The notes beneath the pieces were generated by a model that was not told the DNA's origin, did no database searches, and saw nothing but the letters and a program-made list of their open reading frames with translations. A stretch of 64,000 nt of DNA, taken from NCBI GenBank assembly GCA_963828255.1, contig CAWHDZ010000015.1, positions 64,001-128,000 of the forward strand, in the 5' to 3' direction. Source of the DNA: an uncultured delta proteobacterium (GTDB taxonomy: Bacteria; Myxococcota; Myxococcia; Myxococcales; Anaeromyxobacteraceae). Shown here piece after piece: positions 8,585-17,902 of this stretch. A program made the position numbers and the translations under genes. The stretch's first letter is position 1; the number at the start of each line of letters is the position of its first letter.

Positions 8585-8820
8585 GCCGGGAGCTGACGAC
8601 GGTATCCAGCTCCACGATGGCGAGGGTCTCGGCCCATCGGCTCCAGGAACGGCGGAGCAGGGTCCAGAAGACCCGATCGGCGGGCCGGATGTCGGGGGTG
8701 CCTCCGCCCGGCCAGGGTGACGAGCTGTTGGCGGAGGGCCAGGTTCTCGAGGACGAGATCCTGGCGAGGGCGCATCCCCGAGAGGAGCGTCGGCAGCAGG
8801 GCTACGGGTAGGCGGACCAT
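8585..8820 (-). pseudogene. Frameshifted N-terminal remnant of an integrase-core-domain transposase
   Basis: RPRQDLVLENLALRQQLVTL, then in another frame RPADRVFWTLLRRSWSRWAETLAIVELDTV. This is the N-terminus of a widespread rve-type transposase family; the catalytic domain is missing. Confidence 0.75.
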
Positions 8821-8879
8821 CGAGGCGGGGAGAATCCCGGCCCTGGCAAGAATCGTCAATGGTTCCGGCGCGGCTGGAC

Positions 8880-9130
8880 ATGTGGCGAGCGAGAGGCGCG
8901 ACGGCTGATCGCGAGCGCCGCCGGGACGGTTTCACCTTTCTGGAGCGGGGTCCTCGACCACGCAAGCGGCAACGAACCCGGTGCTCGTGCGGCCCTCGCC
9001 GAGGTCACCCGGGAATGGGGCGCGACCAAGCCCAGGCGCGTGGCCGACATCCATGCTTTGCTTGGCGAGAAAGACCTGGCCTTTCAATGGCTCGATCGGG
9101 CACTGGAGCAGCGCGCGCTGGCGGTGTCGT
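8880..9130 (+). pseudogene. C-terminal TPR-like fragment of the type found on TolB-like/kinase/cyclase proteins
   Basis: Reads GVLDHASGNEPGARAALAEV..VADIHALLGEKDLAFQWLDRALEQR with no intact N-terminus. Confidence 0.5.
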
Positions 9131-9158
9131 TCAGCCGCCAGGGCAGCCCGGCCAGCGG

Positions 9159-9740
9159 GAGGTCAACGAGGCGATCATCGAGCAAGTGCGCAAGAGGCTG
9201 TCGGCAGAGGAGTTCCAGGCACTCCGGGGAGCCGCATCGTCCCAACCTGGGTGGATGGTGGAGGCTTTCCTGCGGCACGAGCGGGGCGCCCCCCGGATCG
9301 AGCTGGACGTGGACGCCGGGGAGCTCCGCGTCCACTACGAGACCGCGCTCCCGCCCGCGGCGGGGTATCTCGACCGTACCGTCCTCGTGGAGTTCGGGGG
9401 CCGCAACAGCCTCGAACCGAGCGAATCCAGGTCGATCGAGCCATACCTGGCCGCCCAGGTGCCTGGCCTGGAGTTCCCCGTAGCCAAGGTCGATGTCCTG
9501 CGCGGCGAGCGGACCTTCTGGGAGAAGGCCACGCTCATTCACGCCGAGTGTGGGCGCGGCGAGCTGAGGCCAGGCCGGGAGCGGATGTCCAGACACTGGT
9601 ACGATCTGGCCAGGCTCGCGGATCACGACATTGGCCGGCGAGCCGTCCCTGACCGAGCCCTGCCGGTATTCGACGAGATCATCGAACGACTGAGACGGCT
9701 GGAGAAGGAGATCAACGGCACCTCATCACGCGGCACCTGA
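9159..9740 (+). pseudogene. Deletion-fused remnant of a type IV TA pair: DUF6088/AbiEi-like antitoxin C-terminus joined to an internally deleted AbiEii nucleotidyltransferase
   Basis: NEAIIEQVRKRLSAEEFQAL..PGWM (antitoxin-like tail) joined in frame to GYLDRTVLVEFGGRN..EP..ERTFWEKATLIH..RMSRHWYDL..PVFDEIIERLRRLEKEIN. The toxin N-terminus and an internal segment are absent. Confidence 0.7.
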
Positions 9741-9822
9741 GCCGCCATCGGGCGAGTCGAGGACCCTGAGCTTCTTCTTTCCCTGGAGCGTTGCGACCCA
9801 CTATCACTGAGGGAACGAAGTC

Positions 9823-10119
9823 ATGACCAGGAAGAACCTCACCACCATTCACCCGGGAGAGTTCCTCGCCGAGGCGCTCGGGGAACTTGGACTCTCCCAG
9901 GCGGCGTTCGCGCGTGCCATCGGCGTATCCCCGATGCGGATCTCCCACGTGGTGAAGGGAACGCGACCGGTGACGGCGGAGCTCGCCCTTCTGTTCGGCC
10001 GGGCATTCGAGCAGTCTCCGCAGTACTGGCTGAATCTACAGGCCGACCACGATCTCAAGGTCGCCGGGACCAAGATCGGGCCACGTCTGCGCGCCATCCA
10101 CTCGGTCACCCACCCGTAG
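9823..10119 (+). CDS. higA: HigA-family antitoxin (HTH), orphan
   Basis: IHPGEFL..LSQAAFARAIGVSPMRISHVVKGTRPVTAELAL..F..SPQYWLNLQ. Confidence 0.9.
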   Translation: MTRKNLTTIHPGEFLAEALGELGLSQAAFARAIGVSPMRISHVVKGTRPVTAELALLFGRAFEQSPQYWLNLQADHDLKVAGTKIGPRLRAIHSVTHP

Positions 10120-10263
10120 GCCGCTGCGATGCCGCTCGAAGTGCCGCGACCCGGTCCGCCTTCTCCAGGAGTTCACGCGCGCCCGCCCGCCAGGACGAGC
10201 GGCGCGCGTGCCGTGTACGCGACCACCCCGGAAGCGAGCCGATGCCAGAGCCGGTGATCACCT

Positions 10264-11037
10264 TCACCTTCCGGGGAGCTCGTAGCCGTACCGTGCAAGC
10301 ACGCCCCGGGCCGCGTCTCCCAGCATGAACGCAGCCAGCTCCCGGGCCAGCGCGGGTTGCTTCGTCCCCTTGATGACGACGCCCGCCTGCTCGACCCTCG
10401 GGTACAGGTCGGACGGAACGAGCCACGTCCTTCCCTGCTCGGAGAGCGGCGGGATCTTGGCGAGGGAAAAGGGCAAGAACGCCGCCTGAGCGGCCTCGGA
10501 CTGCACGAACTGGGCAGCCTGGTTGACGTTCTGGCCCATCACGATGCGTTCCTTCACGGCGTTGAAGACCCCTGCCTTCTCCATGGCTGCCTTCGCTGCC
10601 CGCCCGTACGGAGCCACGTTCGGATTGGCGATGGCGATCCTCTGGACCGAGGGGTCGGCCAGTGCCGCGAGCCCCTTGCCGTCGAGGTCGAGCGTCGACC
10701 TCTTCGGGACCCAGACGACGAGGTTGCCGTAGGCGTAGGGGAACGCCTTGCCATCGGCGAGCCCCTGCTCGACCATCTTCGCCGGATACCCGGAGTCGGC
10801 GGAGAGGAAGAGATCGAACGGAGCGCCGTTGGCAATCTGGGCGAAGAACGTGCCCGAGGCCCCGAAGGTCGACTTCACCTCGACCCCCGGGTTCATCGCC
10901 TGGAAGAGCTTCGTGATCTCCTCGAAGGCGGGCTTCATGCTGGCAGCCGCGGCCACCGAGATGGACCGCGGTTCGGCGGCGCTCGCTGGTGCGGTGAGGG
11001 ACGCGGTCAGGAGCAGGGCGAGGGTGCGATGCAGCAT
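10264..11037 (-). CDS. modA: Molybdate ABC transporter substrate-binding protein
   Basis: Signal peptide, VAAAASM, FGASG, QIANGAPFDLFLSAD, IAIANP.VAPYGRAA, GQNVNQ. Confidence 0.92.
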   Translation of the reverse strand: MLHRTLALLLTASLTAPASAAEPRSISVAAAASMKPAFEEITKLFQAMNPGVEVKSTFGASGTFFAQIANGAPFDLFLSADSGYPAKMVEQGLADGKAFPYAYGNLVVWVPKRSTLDLDGKGLAALADPSVQRIAIANPNVAPYGRAAKAAMEKAGVFNAVKERIVMGQNVNQAAQFVQSEAAQAAFLPFSLAKIPPLSEQGRTWLVPSDLYPRVEQAGVVIKGTKQPALARELAAFMLGDAARGVLARYGYELPGR

Positions 11038-11053
11038 GTGACCTCGAAGGCGA

Positions 11054-11548
11054 CTACGACTTGCCGATGCTCGACAGCTGGCCCTGGAGCGCGAGCCTGT
11101 CCAGCTTCTCCAGCGGAAGGCTCAGGAAGAGCTCGATCCGGCGACGGAGGGCGGTGGCGGCCTCCCGGAAGGCGCGCCGCCTGTCATCGTCCGACCCCTC
11201 GACCGCGGCCGGGTCCGGCACGCCCCAGTGCGCGGTCATCGGATGCCCGATCCACACGGGGCAGGCCTCGTTCGCGGCGTTGTCGCAAACCGTGAAGATG
11301 AAGTCCATCTGAGGAGCGCCTGGCTTCGCGAACTCGTCCCAGCTCTTGCTGCGGAAGCCGTCCGCAGGGAGACCGGACCTTCGGAGCTCCTCCAGGGCGA
11401 AGGGGTTCACGACGCCCTTCGGCTGGCTCCCGGCAGAGAAGGCCCGGAAGCGCCCCTTGCCGAGGTGTTGCAAGATGCCCTCGGCGAGGACGCTTCTCGC
11501 CGTGTTGCCGGTGCAGAGGAAGAGGACGTTGTACACGCGCTCGCTCAC
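11054..11548 (-). CDS. arsC: Arsenate reductase, LMW-PTP/thioredoxin-coupled type
   Basis: GTG start overlaps the acr3 stop. [13 protein letters not shown]-loop, [19 protein letters not shown]. Confidence 0.9.
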   Translation of the reverse strand: MSERVYNVLFLCTGNTARSVLAEGILQHLGKGRFRAFSAGSQPKGVVNPFALEELRRSGLPADGFRSKSWDEFAKPGAPQMDFIFTVCDNAANEACPVWIGHPMTAHWGVPDPAAVEGSDDDRRRAFREAATALRRRIELFLSLPLEKLDRLALQGQLSSIGKS

Positions 11549-12666
11549 ACGGGCCTCCGGTCGGACTTTGGCGCCGGGAAGTCCCCGACGCAGTTCTTGA
11601 CCCCGTCGATCCGGGCCTGCTCCAGCGGGAAGTACCTCTTCCGAAGCCACAGCGACACGTTCACGAGGCCGATGAGCACGGGGACCTCCACGAGCGGCCC
11701 GATGACTGCCGCGAAGGCGGCTCCGCTCGACATGCCGAAGGTGGCGACGGCCACCGCGATGGCCAGCTCGAAGTTGTTCGATGACGCCGTGAAGGAGAGG
11801 GTCGCCGTCTGCCCGTAGCTCGCTCCCACCTTCCGGCTCATGAAGAAGGACGCGAAGAACATGATGACGAAGTAGAGGAGCAGCGGGATGGCGATGCGCA
11901 CCACGTCGAGGGGGACCTGCACGATGGTCTCGCCCTTGAGCGAGAACATGAGGACGATGGTGAAGAGAAGCGCCACCAGCGTGATGGGCGAGATGCGGGG
12001 GATGAAGACGTTCCGGTACCAGTCCTCGCCCTTCCATCGGCGCAGGAGGATCCAGCTCGCGAAGCCCGCCAGGAACGGGATGCCCAGGTAGATGAAGACG
12101 CTGGTGGCGATCTCCCCGATGGTGATGTGCACGTCGGCCCCGGAGAGCCCCAGCCAGCGCGGCAGGACCGTGATGAAGACCCAGGCGTAGACCGAGAAGA
12201 AGAGCACCTGGAAGATCGAGTTGAAGGCCACGAGGCCGGCCGCGTACTGCCGGTCCCCGTCGGCCAGGTCGTTCCACACGATGACCATGGCGATGCAGCG
12301 CGCCAGCCCGATGAGGATGAGCCCCACCATGTACTCGGGCTTGTCGCGCAGGAAGATCACGGCCAGGGCGAACATCAGGATCGGGCCGACGAGCCAGTTC
12401 TGGACCAGCGACAGCGCCAGGACCTTTCCGTTCTTGAAGACCAGCGGAAGCTCGTCGTAGCGGACCTTGGCGAGCGGCGGGTACATCATGAGGACGAGGC
12501 CGATGGCGATGGGGATGGACGTGGTTCCCACGCTCAAGCGGCCCAGGGCCGGCACGACCCCTGGTACGAGGTAGCCGAGGGCGACGCCTGCGCCCATGGC
12601 GAGGAAGATCCAGAGCGTCAGGTAGCGATCGAGGAAGGAGAGGCGGCGGGCGACGGAGGCGGCCAT
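11545..12666 (-). CDS. acr3: ACR3-family arsenite efflux transporter
   Basis: [58 protein letters not shown]. Confidence 0.95.
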   Translation of the reverse strand: MAASVARRLSFLDRYLTLWIFLAMGAGVALGYLVPGVVPALGRLSVGTTSIPIAIGLVLMMYPPLAKVRYDELPLVFKNGKVLALSLVQNWLVGPILMFALAVIFLRDKPEYMVGLILIGLARCIAMVIVWNDLADGDRQYAAGLVAFNSIFQVLFFSVYAWVFITVLPRWLGLSGADVHITIGEIATSVFIYLGIPFLAGFASWILLRRWKGEDWYRNVFIPRISPITLVALLFTIVLMFSLKGETIVQVPLDVVRIAIPLLLYFVIMFFASFFMSRKVGASYGQTATLSFTASSNNFELAIAVAVATFGMSSGAAFAAVIGPLVEVPVLIGLVNVSLWLRKRYFPLEQARIDGVKNCVGDFPAPKSDRRPV

Positions 12667-12669
12667 GGC

Positions 12670-13020
12670 TCAAAGGCTCCCGACGAGCGCCTTGAGGCGG
12701 CGAAGGGCTCGCGGCTCGACGCAGTAGCAGACGCGGGGGCCGTCGATCTGGCCTCGGATGAGACCGGCCTCCTTCAGGACCTTGAGGTGCTGGGAGACCG
12801 TGGATTGGGCCAGCGGAATCTCGTCCACGATGTCCCCGCAGATGCAGGCCTCGCGGCGGACGAGCAGCCGCATGATCTGGACCCGGGCCGGGTGGCCGAG
12901 GGCCTTGGTCAAGGTCGCGAGTTCCTGGTCCGCCTCCGTGCCTTCCACGGGCCGCACGTCGGGCACATCGCGACGGGCGTTTGCTGGAGCCGGGGGAGCA
13001 CATCGCATCGGGGTCGCCAT
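12670..13020 (-). CDS. arsR: ArsR/SmtB-family repressor
   Basis: [39 protein letters not shown]. Likely start is ATG 13020. Confidence 0.9.
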   Translation of the reverse strand: MATPMRCAPPAPANARRDVPDVRPVEGTEADQELATLTKALGHPARVQIMRLLVRREACICGDIVDEIPLAQSTVSQHLKVLKEAGLIRGQIDGPRVCYCVEPRALRRLKALVGSL

Positions 13021-13022
13021 GG

Positions 13023-13151
13023 TTCGGATTTCTACGATGAACGAGCAAGGGGCGCAACCGGGCCAGGGCGAGTTCACGGAACTTTCACCGTTGAAGAGCG
13101 CGGCATCCTGGCGCATGCGCTTGGATTGCCAGTACATCGTATTGATGCGAT
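13023..13151. promoter_or_regulatory. Two related imperfect palindromes (putative ArsR operators) in the divergent promoter region
   Basis: CATCGTAGAAATCCGAA (minus strand, 13023-13039) before arsR and CATCGTATTGATGCGAT (plus strand, 13135-13151) before the thioredoxin gene. Shared ATCG-N8-CGAW. Confidence 0.55.
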
Positions 13152-13184
13152 AAGATAGCCATCCATCCGAAGGGGTCCAGGGTC

Positions 13185-13589
13185 ATGAGCAGGGGTTTCA
13201 GGTCGGCAGGGTTCGCGCTCGCATTGGTCGCGACGGTGGTGCTCCAAGGGTGTGACGTCACCCGTGCCGAAGGCCCGGTCGCGAGCTCGCCCAGGCCGGC
13301 CGCGACGCAGAGGATTCCCCGCCTGGTCGACCTGGGCGCGGGCAAGTGCATCCCGTGCAAGGCGATGGCGCCGATCCTGGATGGGTTGAAGACCGAGTAC
13401 GCCGGCCGGATGGACGTGCAGTTCATCGACGTCTGGAAGGACCCCGACGCCGGGAGGGCCTACGGGGTCAGCATCATCCCGACGCAGATCTTCTACGCGG
13501 CCGACGGGCGCGAGCTGGCCCGCCACCAGGGCTTCATGGACAAGGATGCGATCCTCGCCCAGTGGAAGGCCCTCGGAGTGAGCCTCTAG
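13185..13589 (+). CDS. Exported thioredoxin-family protein
   Basis: Signal or lipoprotein-like N-terminus, DLGAGKCIPCK, cis-Pro IPTQIF. Confidence 0.88.
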   Translation: MSRGFRSAGFALALVATVVLQGCDVTRAEGPVASSPRPAATQRIPRLVDLGAGKCIPCKAMAPILDGLKTEYAGRMDVQFIDVWKDPDAGRAYGVSIIPTQIFYAADGRELARHQGFMDKDAILAQWKALGVSL

Positions 13590-13599
13590 CGGGCGGACG

Positions 13600-14301
13600 A
13601 TGGGCGAGATCCTCACCGCCTTCGGGAACGCCTTCGCGGCGTCGGCGGCGCTCGCCCTTCCGGCTGCGTTCCTCTGGGGCGTTCTCTCGGTCGTCCTGAG
13701 CCCGTGCCACCTTTCGAGCATCCCCCTCGTGGTCGCTTACATGAACGGGGGCGCCGAGTTCCCCACCGGCCGCCGCGCCCTCGTCATCTCCACGAGCTTT
13801 GCGGTCGGAATCCTGGGCAGCATCGTGGTGATCGGGGTGGTCACCGCGGCGGCTGGGCGGATGGCAGGCGACGTCGGCCGCTGGGGTACGTATGCCCTGG
13901 CGGCGGTCTTCTTCGGGGTCGGCCTCAACCTGATCGGGGCGCTGCCCCTGCCGACGTGGACGACGCCCACCGCCGGGACGAATCGGCGCGGGCCGCGGGG
14001 AGCGCTCGTTCTCGGCCTGGTCTTCGGGGCCGCGCTCGGGCCGTGCACGTTTGCGTTCATGGCGCCGCTCCTCGGCCTCGCGTTCCGGTCGGGCGCGGAG
14101 CAGGCGGCCTACGGCGCACTCCTCGTGGCCGTCTACGGGCTCGGTCACGGTGCGGCCATCGTCGCCGCCGGCGTGTCGGCCCAGATCGTCCAGCGCTGGC
14201 TCGCCTGGAGGAACGGCCAGCGGGCCGCAAGGCTGGTGCGCGGAGCCGCGGGCCTGGCGGTCATCGCGGGCGGCGTCTACTTCCTCTACACGGCGACGTG
14301 A
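13600..14301 (+). CDS. CcdA/DsbD-family thiol-disulfide transporter
   Basis: Six TM segments, LSPCHL and GPCT Cys pair. Confidence 0.88.
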   Translation: MGEILTAFGNAFAASAALALPAAFLWGVLSVVLSPCHLSSIPLVVAYMNGGAEFPTGRRALVISTSFAVGILGSIVVIGVVTAAAGRMAGDVGRWGTYALAAVFFGVGLNLIGALPLPTWTTPTAGTNRRGPRGALVLGLVFGAALGPCTFAFMAPLLGLAFRSGAEQAAYGALLVAVYGLGHGAAIVAAGVSAQIVQRWLAWRNGQRAARLVRGAAGLAVIAGGVYFLYTAT

Positions 14302-14308
14302 GCGAACG

Positions 14309-15334
14309 ATGAGGACCCCCACGCTCTCCACGGCGGTTCTCCTCGGCGTCGGTCTCGCCGCCTGGACCGCCGCCTACATGGTCATCCACCCGCTTGCGGA
14401 GTGGCTGAGCTTCGGGGTGTTCGGACTGGCGCGCGGGTCGCACCTGGGGGAGGCGGTGGCCTTCTTCCTGTATGACACGCCCAAGGTCCTGCTGCTGCTC
14501 GTCCTCATCGTCTTCGTGGTCGGGATCATCCGGTCCTTCTTCACCGCGGAGCGCACCCGGGCCATCCTGGCGGGGAAGCGCGAGTCGGTCGGGAACGTCC
14601 TCGCGGCCCTGCTGGGCGTCGTCACGCCGTTCTGTTCCTGCTCCGCCGTACCCCTGTTCATCGGCTTCGTCGAGGTCGGTGTTCCCCTGGGCGTGACGCT
14701 CTCCTTCCTCATCTCGGCGCCGATGGTGAACGAGATCGCGCTCGTGCTGCTGTTTGGTCTCTTCGGGTGGAAGGTCGCGGCCCTCTACCTCGTCACAGGG
14801 CTCACCATCGCCATCGTCGCCGGCTTCATCCTCGGACGGATGAAGCTCGAGCGATACGTGGAGGGCTGGGTCTACGAGTCGATGAAGACCGAGGCGACCT
14901 TCGAGCGGGAGCACCTGGGGTTCACCGGACGGGTGCAGAAGGGGCTGGAGGCGGTCCGGGAGATCGTCGGCAAGGTCTGGCCGTGGGTCATCGCCGGGAT
15001 CGCCGTCGGCGCGGGCATCCACGGATACGTTCCGGAGGGATTGCTGGCGGGCTTCATGGGCAAGTCGGCCTGGTGGTCGGTGCCGGCGGCCGTACTCATC
15101 GGCGTCCCGATGTACTCCAACGCGGCGGGAATCATCCCGATCGTCGAGGCCCTCCTCGGCAAGGGCGCGGCCCTCGGCACGGTGCTCGCCTTCATGATGG
15201 CGGTCATCGGACTGTCGCTGCCCGAGATCATCATCCTCCGGAAGGTGCTGCGCCCGCAGCTCATCGGCGCGTTCGTGGGCGTGGTCGCGACCGGCATCCT
15301 GCTCGTCGGCTGGCTGTTCAACGCGGTGATCTAG
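14309..15334 (+). CDS. ArsP/DUF318-family permease
   Basis: ATG 14309; FFLYDTPK, TPFCSCSAVP, SAPMVNE, GVPMYSN, LSLPE. Confidence 0.88.
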   Translation: MRTPTLSTAVLLGVGLAAWTAAYMVIHPLAEWLSFGVFGLARGSHLGEAVAFFLYDTPKVLLLLVLIVFVVGIIRSFFTAERTRAILAGKRESVGNVLAALLGVVTPFCSCSAVPLFIGFVEVGVPLGVTLSFLISAPMVNEIALVLLFGLFGWKVAALYLVTGLTIAIVAGFILGRMKLERYVEGWVYESMKTEATFEREHLGFTGRVQKGLEAVREIVGKVWPWVIAGIAVGAGIHGYVPEGLLAGFMGKSAWWSVPAAVLIGVPMYSNAAGIIPIVEALLGKGAALGTVLAFMMAVIGLSLPEIIILRKVLRPQLIGAFVGVVATGILLVGWLFNAVI

Positions 15335-15348
15335 AAAGGTCGAAGGCG

Positions 15349-15582
15349 ATGAGGATCCAGGTGCTCGGGACCGGTTGCGCAAAGTGCAAGCAACTCACCG
15401 CCAATGCCGAGAAGGCGGTCGCGGAGCTTGGTCTCGGGGTGACCGTGGAGAAGGTCGAGGACATCCGCGAGATCATGAAGTTCAGCGTCATGACCACGCC
15501 CGCGCTGGTGGTGGACGGAAAGGTGAAGGCGACGGGCAAGGTCCTGACGCCGGAAGCGGTGAAGGAGCTTCTCCGCGGGTAG
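15349..15582 (+). CDS. Small redox-active disulfide protein (MTH895-like thioredoxin family)
   Basis: MRIQVLGTGCAKC..VMTTPALVVDG; 77 aa. Confidence 0.9.
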   Translation: MRIQVLGTGCAKCKQLTANAEKAVAELGLGVTVEKVEDIREIMKFSVMTTPALVVDGKVKATGKVLTPEAVKELLRG

Positions 15583-15596
15583 GGCTCCAGCTTCGC

Positions 15597-15630
15597 CCCC
15601 GCCTCCGGCCTCCCGGAGACGGGGTTCTTC
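15597..15630 (+). terminator. Probable intrinsic terminator between convergent operons
   Basis: CCCCGCCTCCGG-cctc-CCGGAGACGGGG stem followed by TTCTTC. Confidence 0.6.
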
Positions 15631-15644
15631 ATTGCGCCGATTCG

Positions 15645-17330
15645 CTACTTCGCGCCCTTCGTCGCCGCCGGGGCCGGCGCCGGATCGTTCATGGCGAGCG
15701 GCCCCTTCGCGACGAGCGACGTCGCCAGGATCTCGGCCTGCCGCGACAGGTCGATGGACTCGCCGAGGATCCGCGCGAGCTCCTGGGGGGCATGGAAGCC
15801 CATGGAGTTCTCCGCGGCCACGTAGTCGAGGCGCCACTGCGCCGCCCGCTGCAGGTTCTCGAGCTTCTGGAGCTGCGGGCTCTTCTCGACCGCCTCGCGC
15901 CAGGCGGCGAGCAGGTTCGCCTTCACCTCCCCCGCCATCATCTTCTCCTGCTCCTCCTTGGTCGCCTTCTGGTAGGCGGGCTGCGCCTGGAGCGTGGCCG
16001 TCGCCTTCGCGACCGCCGCGGGCCGGGCCTTCTCGTCGAAGGGCTTCCGCACCGCCACGATGGAGTCGATCATGGCCACCGCGGCGTTCCCGGCGCGGGT
16101 CATGAGCGCGAAGTGGCGGTCCTGGATGGCCGTGACGCGCGCCTTCAGCTCGTCGTCGCCGTACGGGTGGCAGCTGGCGCAGGCGCGGTTCGGGGAGAGC
16201 AGCGGGCTGCGGACCCAGTGCTCGGACACCTTCTGCGCTCCCTCCCGCTTGTAGGGCATGTGGCAGTCGGCGCAGGTCACGCCGCTGCGGGCGTGGATGC
16301 CGGTGCTCCAGACCTCGAACTCGGGGTGCTGGGCCTTCAGGAGCTCGAAGCCGGTCTCGGCGTGCGTCCAGTCCTTGAAGCGCTTCCCCTTTACCTCGGT
16401 GCCATCGTACAGCGCCTCCATCTGCTCCACCTTCAGCCCCTTCGCCCAGGGGAAGAAGATGGTCATGCCCTTGCCGCAGAAGTACTCCACGTGACACTGG
16501 CCGCAGGCGAAGGCCCGCTTCTCCTGCCGGGTGGCGTCCAGGTTCGGATCGTACGGCTTCGATTGGTCGCCCCGACGCCACCGCTCGATGGACGGGAACG
16601 CCACCGCATCGCCATCGGACGCGGCGAGCTTCTGGATGCCGGTGATGAAGCCCGGCCTCGTCGCGCGCAGTTCCATCGACTGTGGGTCGTGGCAGTCCAC
16701 GCAGGAGACCGGGTGGACCTTCCCGCCGCCCAGGTCCCCGAGCGCCTTGTGGGCGTCCCAGTAGCTCATCTCCGAGACCTTCACGAGGCCGGCCTGGACC
16801 TGCTCGGCCTTGCTGGCCTGCGGCGCGGCCTCCTGCCCGAGCTTGGCGTAGAGCGGCGTGATCGAGGCGTGGCAGTGGAGGCAGTTGCCCGACTGCTTGT
16901 TCTCGGCCGGGACGTTGCGCTTCGTCTTCTCCTGATCGAAGAGCATGAAGGCGTGGCCCCGCCGGTCGCGGAAGTCCACCGCGAAGAGGTACCCGGCGAA
17001 GATCCGCTTGAGCCAGGGATCCCGGTCGGCCTTCTGGGGGGCCGGCTGGCCCTCGCTGGCGCCGGCCGCGCCGCCGTACTTGGTGCTCGTGGGGTCGGCG
17101 GTCTTGAGGTACCCGTCGTATTCCCGGGGCCAGTTCTTCCCCCACTTGGCCGGGTCGGTGTCGGCCTCGGTCACCTCGACCACCTTCACGTACTGGTGAC
17201 GGGCCGCCTCCTTCCGCTCGGCGATGTTCACGAGCAGGGCGGCGGCGCCGACCGCGGCGAGGGCGAAGACGCCGATGACCAGGGCCACGAGGAGCCCGCG
17301 CTTCTTCTGGGGCTGGGGTTCTACGGACAT
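15645..17330 (-). CDS. nrfA: Pentaheme cytochrome c nitrite reductase NrfA, CxxCH active-site variant
   Basis: Five heme motifs (CLHCH, CVDCH, CGQCH, CADCH, CASCH), FAGY.F, RGH, CHVEY, diagnostic KAQHPEFE, AENSMGFHAP. Confidence 0.93.
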   Translation of the reverse strand: MSVEPQPQKKRGLLVALVIGVFALAAVGAAALLVNIAERKEAARHQYVKVVEVTEADTDPAKWGKNWPREYDGYLKTADPTSTKYGGAAGASEGQPAPQKADRDPWLKRIFAGYLFAVDFRDRRGHAFMLFDQEKTKRNVPAENKQSGNCLHCHASITPLYAKLGQEAAPQASKAEQVQAGLVKVSEMSYWDAHKALGDLGGGKVHPVSCVDCHDPQSMELRATRPGFITGIQKLAASDGDAVAFPSIERWRRGDQSKPYDPNLDATRQEKRAFACGQCHVEYFCGKGMTIFFPWAKGLKVEQMEALYDGTEVKGKRFKDWTHAETGFELLKAQHPEFEVWSTGIHARSGVTCADCHMPYKREGAQKVSEHWVRSPLLSPNRACASCHPYGDDELKARVTAIQDRHFALMTRAGNAAVAMIDSIVAVRKPFDEKARPAAVAKATATLQAQPAYQKATKEEQEKMMAGEVKANLLAAWREAVEKSPQLQKLENLQRAAQWRLDYVAAENSMGFHAPQELARILGESIDLSRQAEILATSLVAKGPLAMNDPAPAPAATKGAK

Positions 17331-17370
17331 GACGTTCTCCTTCTTTCGTGCGGTGCGGTTGGAGGCTCGA

Positions 17371-17826
17371 TCAGCGAAGGTGTCCGACGGAGGCGTGGCA
17401 GCGGACGCAGGAGATCCCGCCGTCGTGTGCGATGTCGTCGACCAGGTCGGCGTGGCAGCGACGGCAGTTCGCCTCCACCACCTCGCGGCTCTCGGGGCGC
17501 GCGCGGATGTTCTCGGGGTACCCGCCGACCGTGAATGCCATGGAGTGGTGGTAGCCGTTCAGCGCCTTGACCAGGTACTTGGAGACGGGGCCCGCCGGCG
17601 TGTGGCAGTCGTTGCAGGTGGCGATGAGGTGGTGGGGCGACGCCTGCCAGCCCTCGAGGTGGCCCGCCATCACGTGGCAGTTGGCGCACGTCGCGGGGTC
17701 GTTGCCGAGGTACGAGTCGCCCTTCGCGTAGCGGAAGGCGTAGCCTCCGATCCCGAGCGCGAGGCCGAACGTGGCGGCCAGGATCAGGGGGACGGAGAGT
17801 GGAGTCAGGCCACGGTTCGGCTTCAT
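17371..17826 (-). CDS. nrfH: Tetraheme quinol dehydrogenase NrfH (NapC/NirT family)
   Basis: N-terminal TM, SYL.NDP..CANCHVM, CNDCH, CRRCH, CVRCH..VGH. Confidence 0.92.
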   Translation of the reverse strand: MKPNRGLTPLSVPLILAATFGLALGIGGYAFRYAKGDSYLGNDPATCANCHVMAGHLEGWQASPHHLIATCNDCHTPAGPVSKYLVKALNGYHHSMAFTVGGYPENIRARPESREVVEANCRRCHADLVDDIAHDGGISCVRCHASVGHLR

Positions 17827-17902
17827 GGGTGTCCTCGGCGTTTCGACCAGTGTTTCACGCATCGAACGTGTGCGGAGCGGCCTCGTTGGGGCTTCGAGTG
17901 CC

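Noticed and set aside
10120..10260. Possible modB remnant or small gene after modA
   Set aside because: I found no ModB-like hydrophobic start or recognisable motif downstream of modA.
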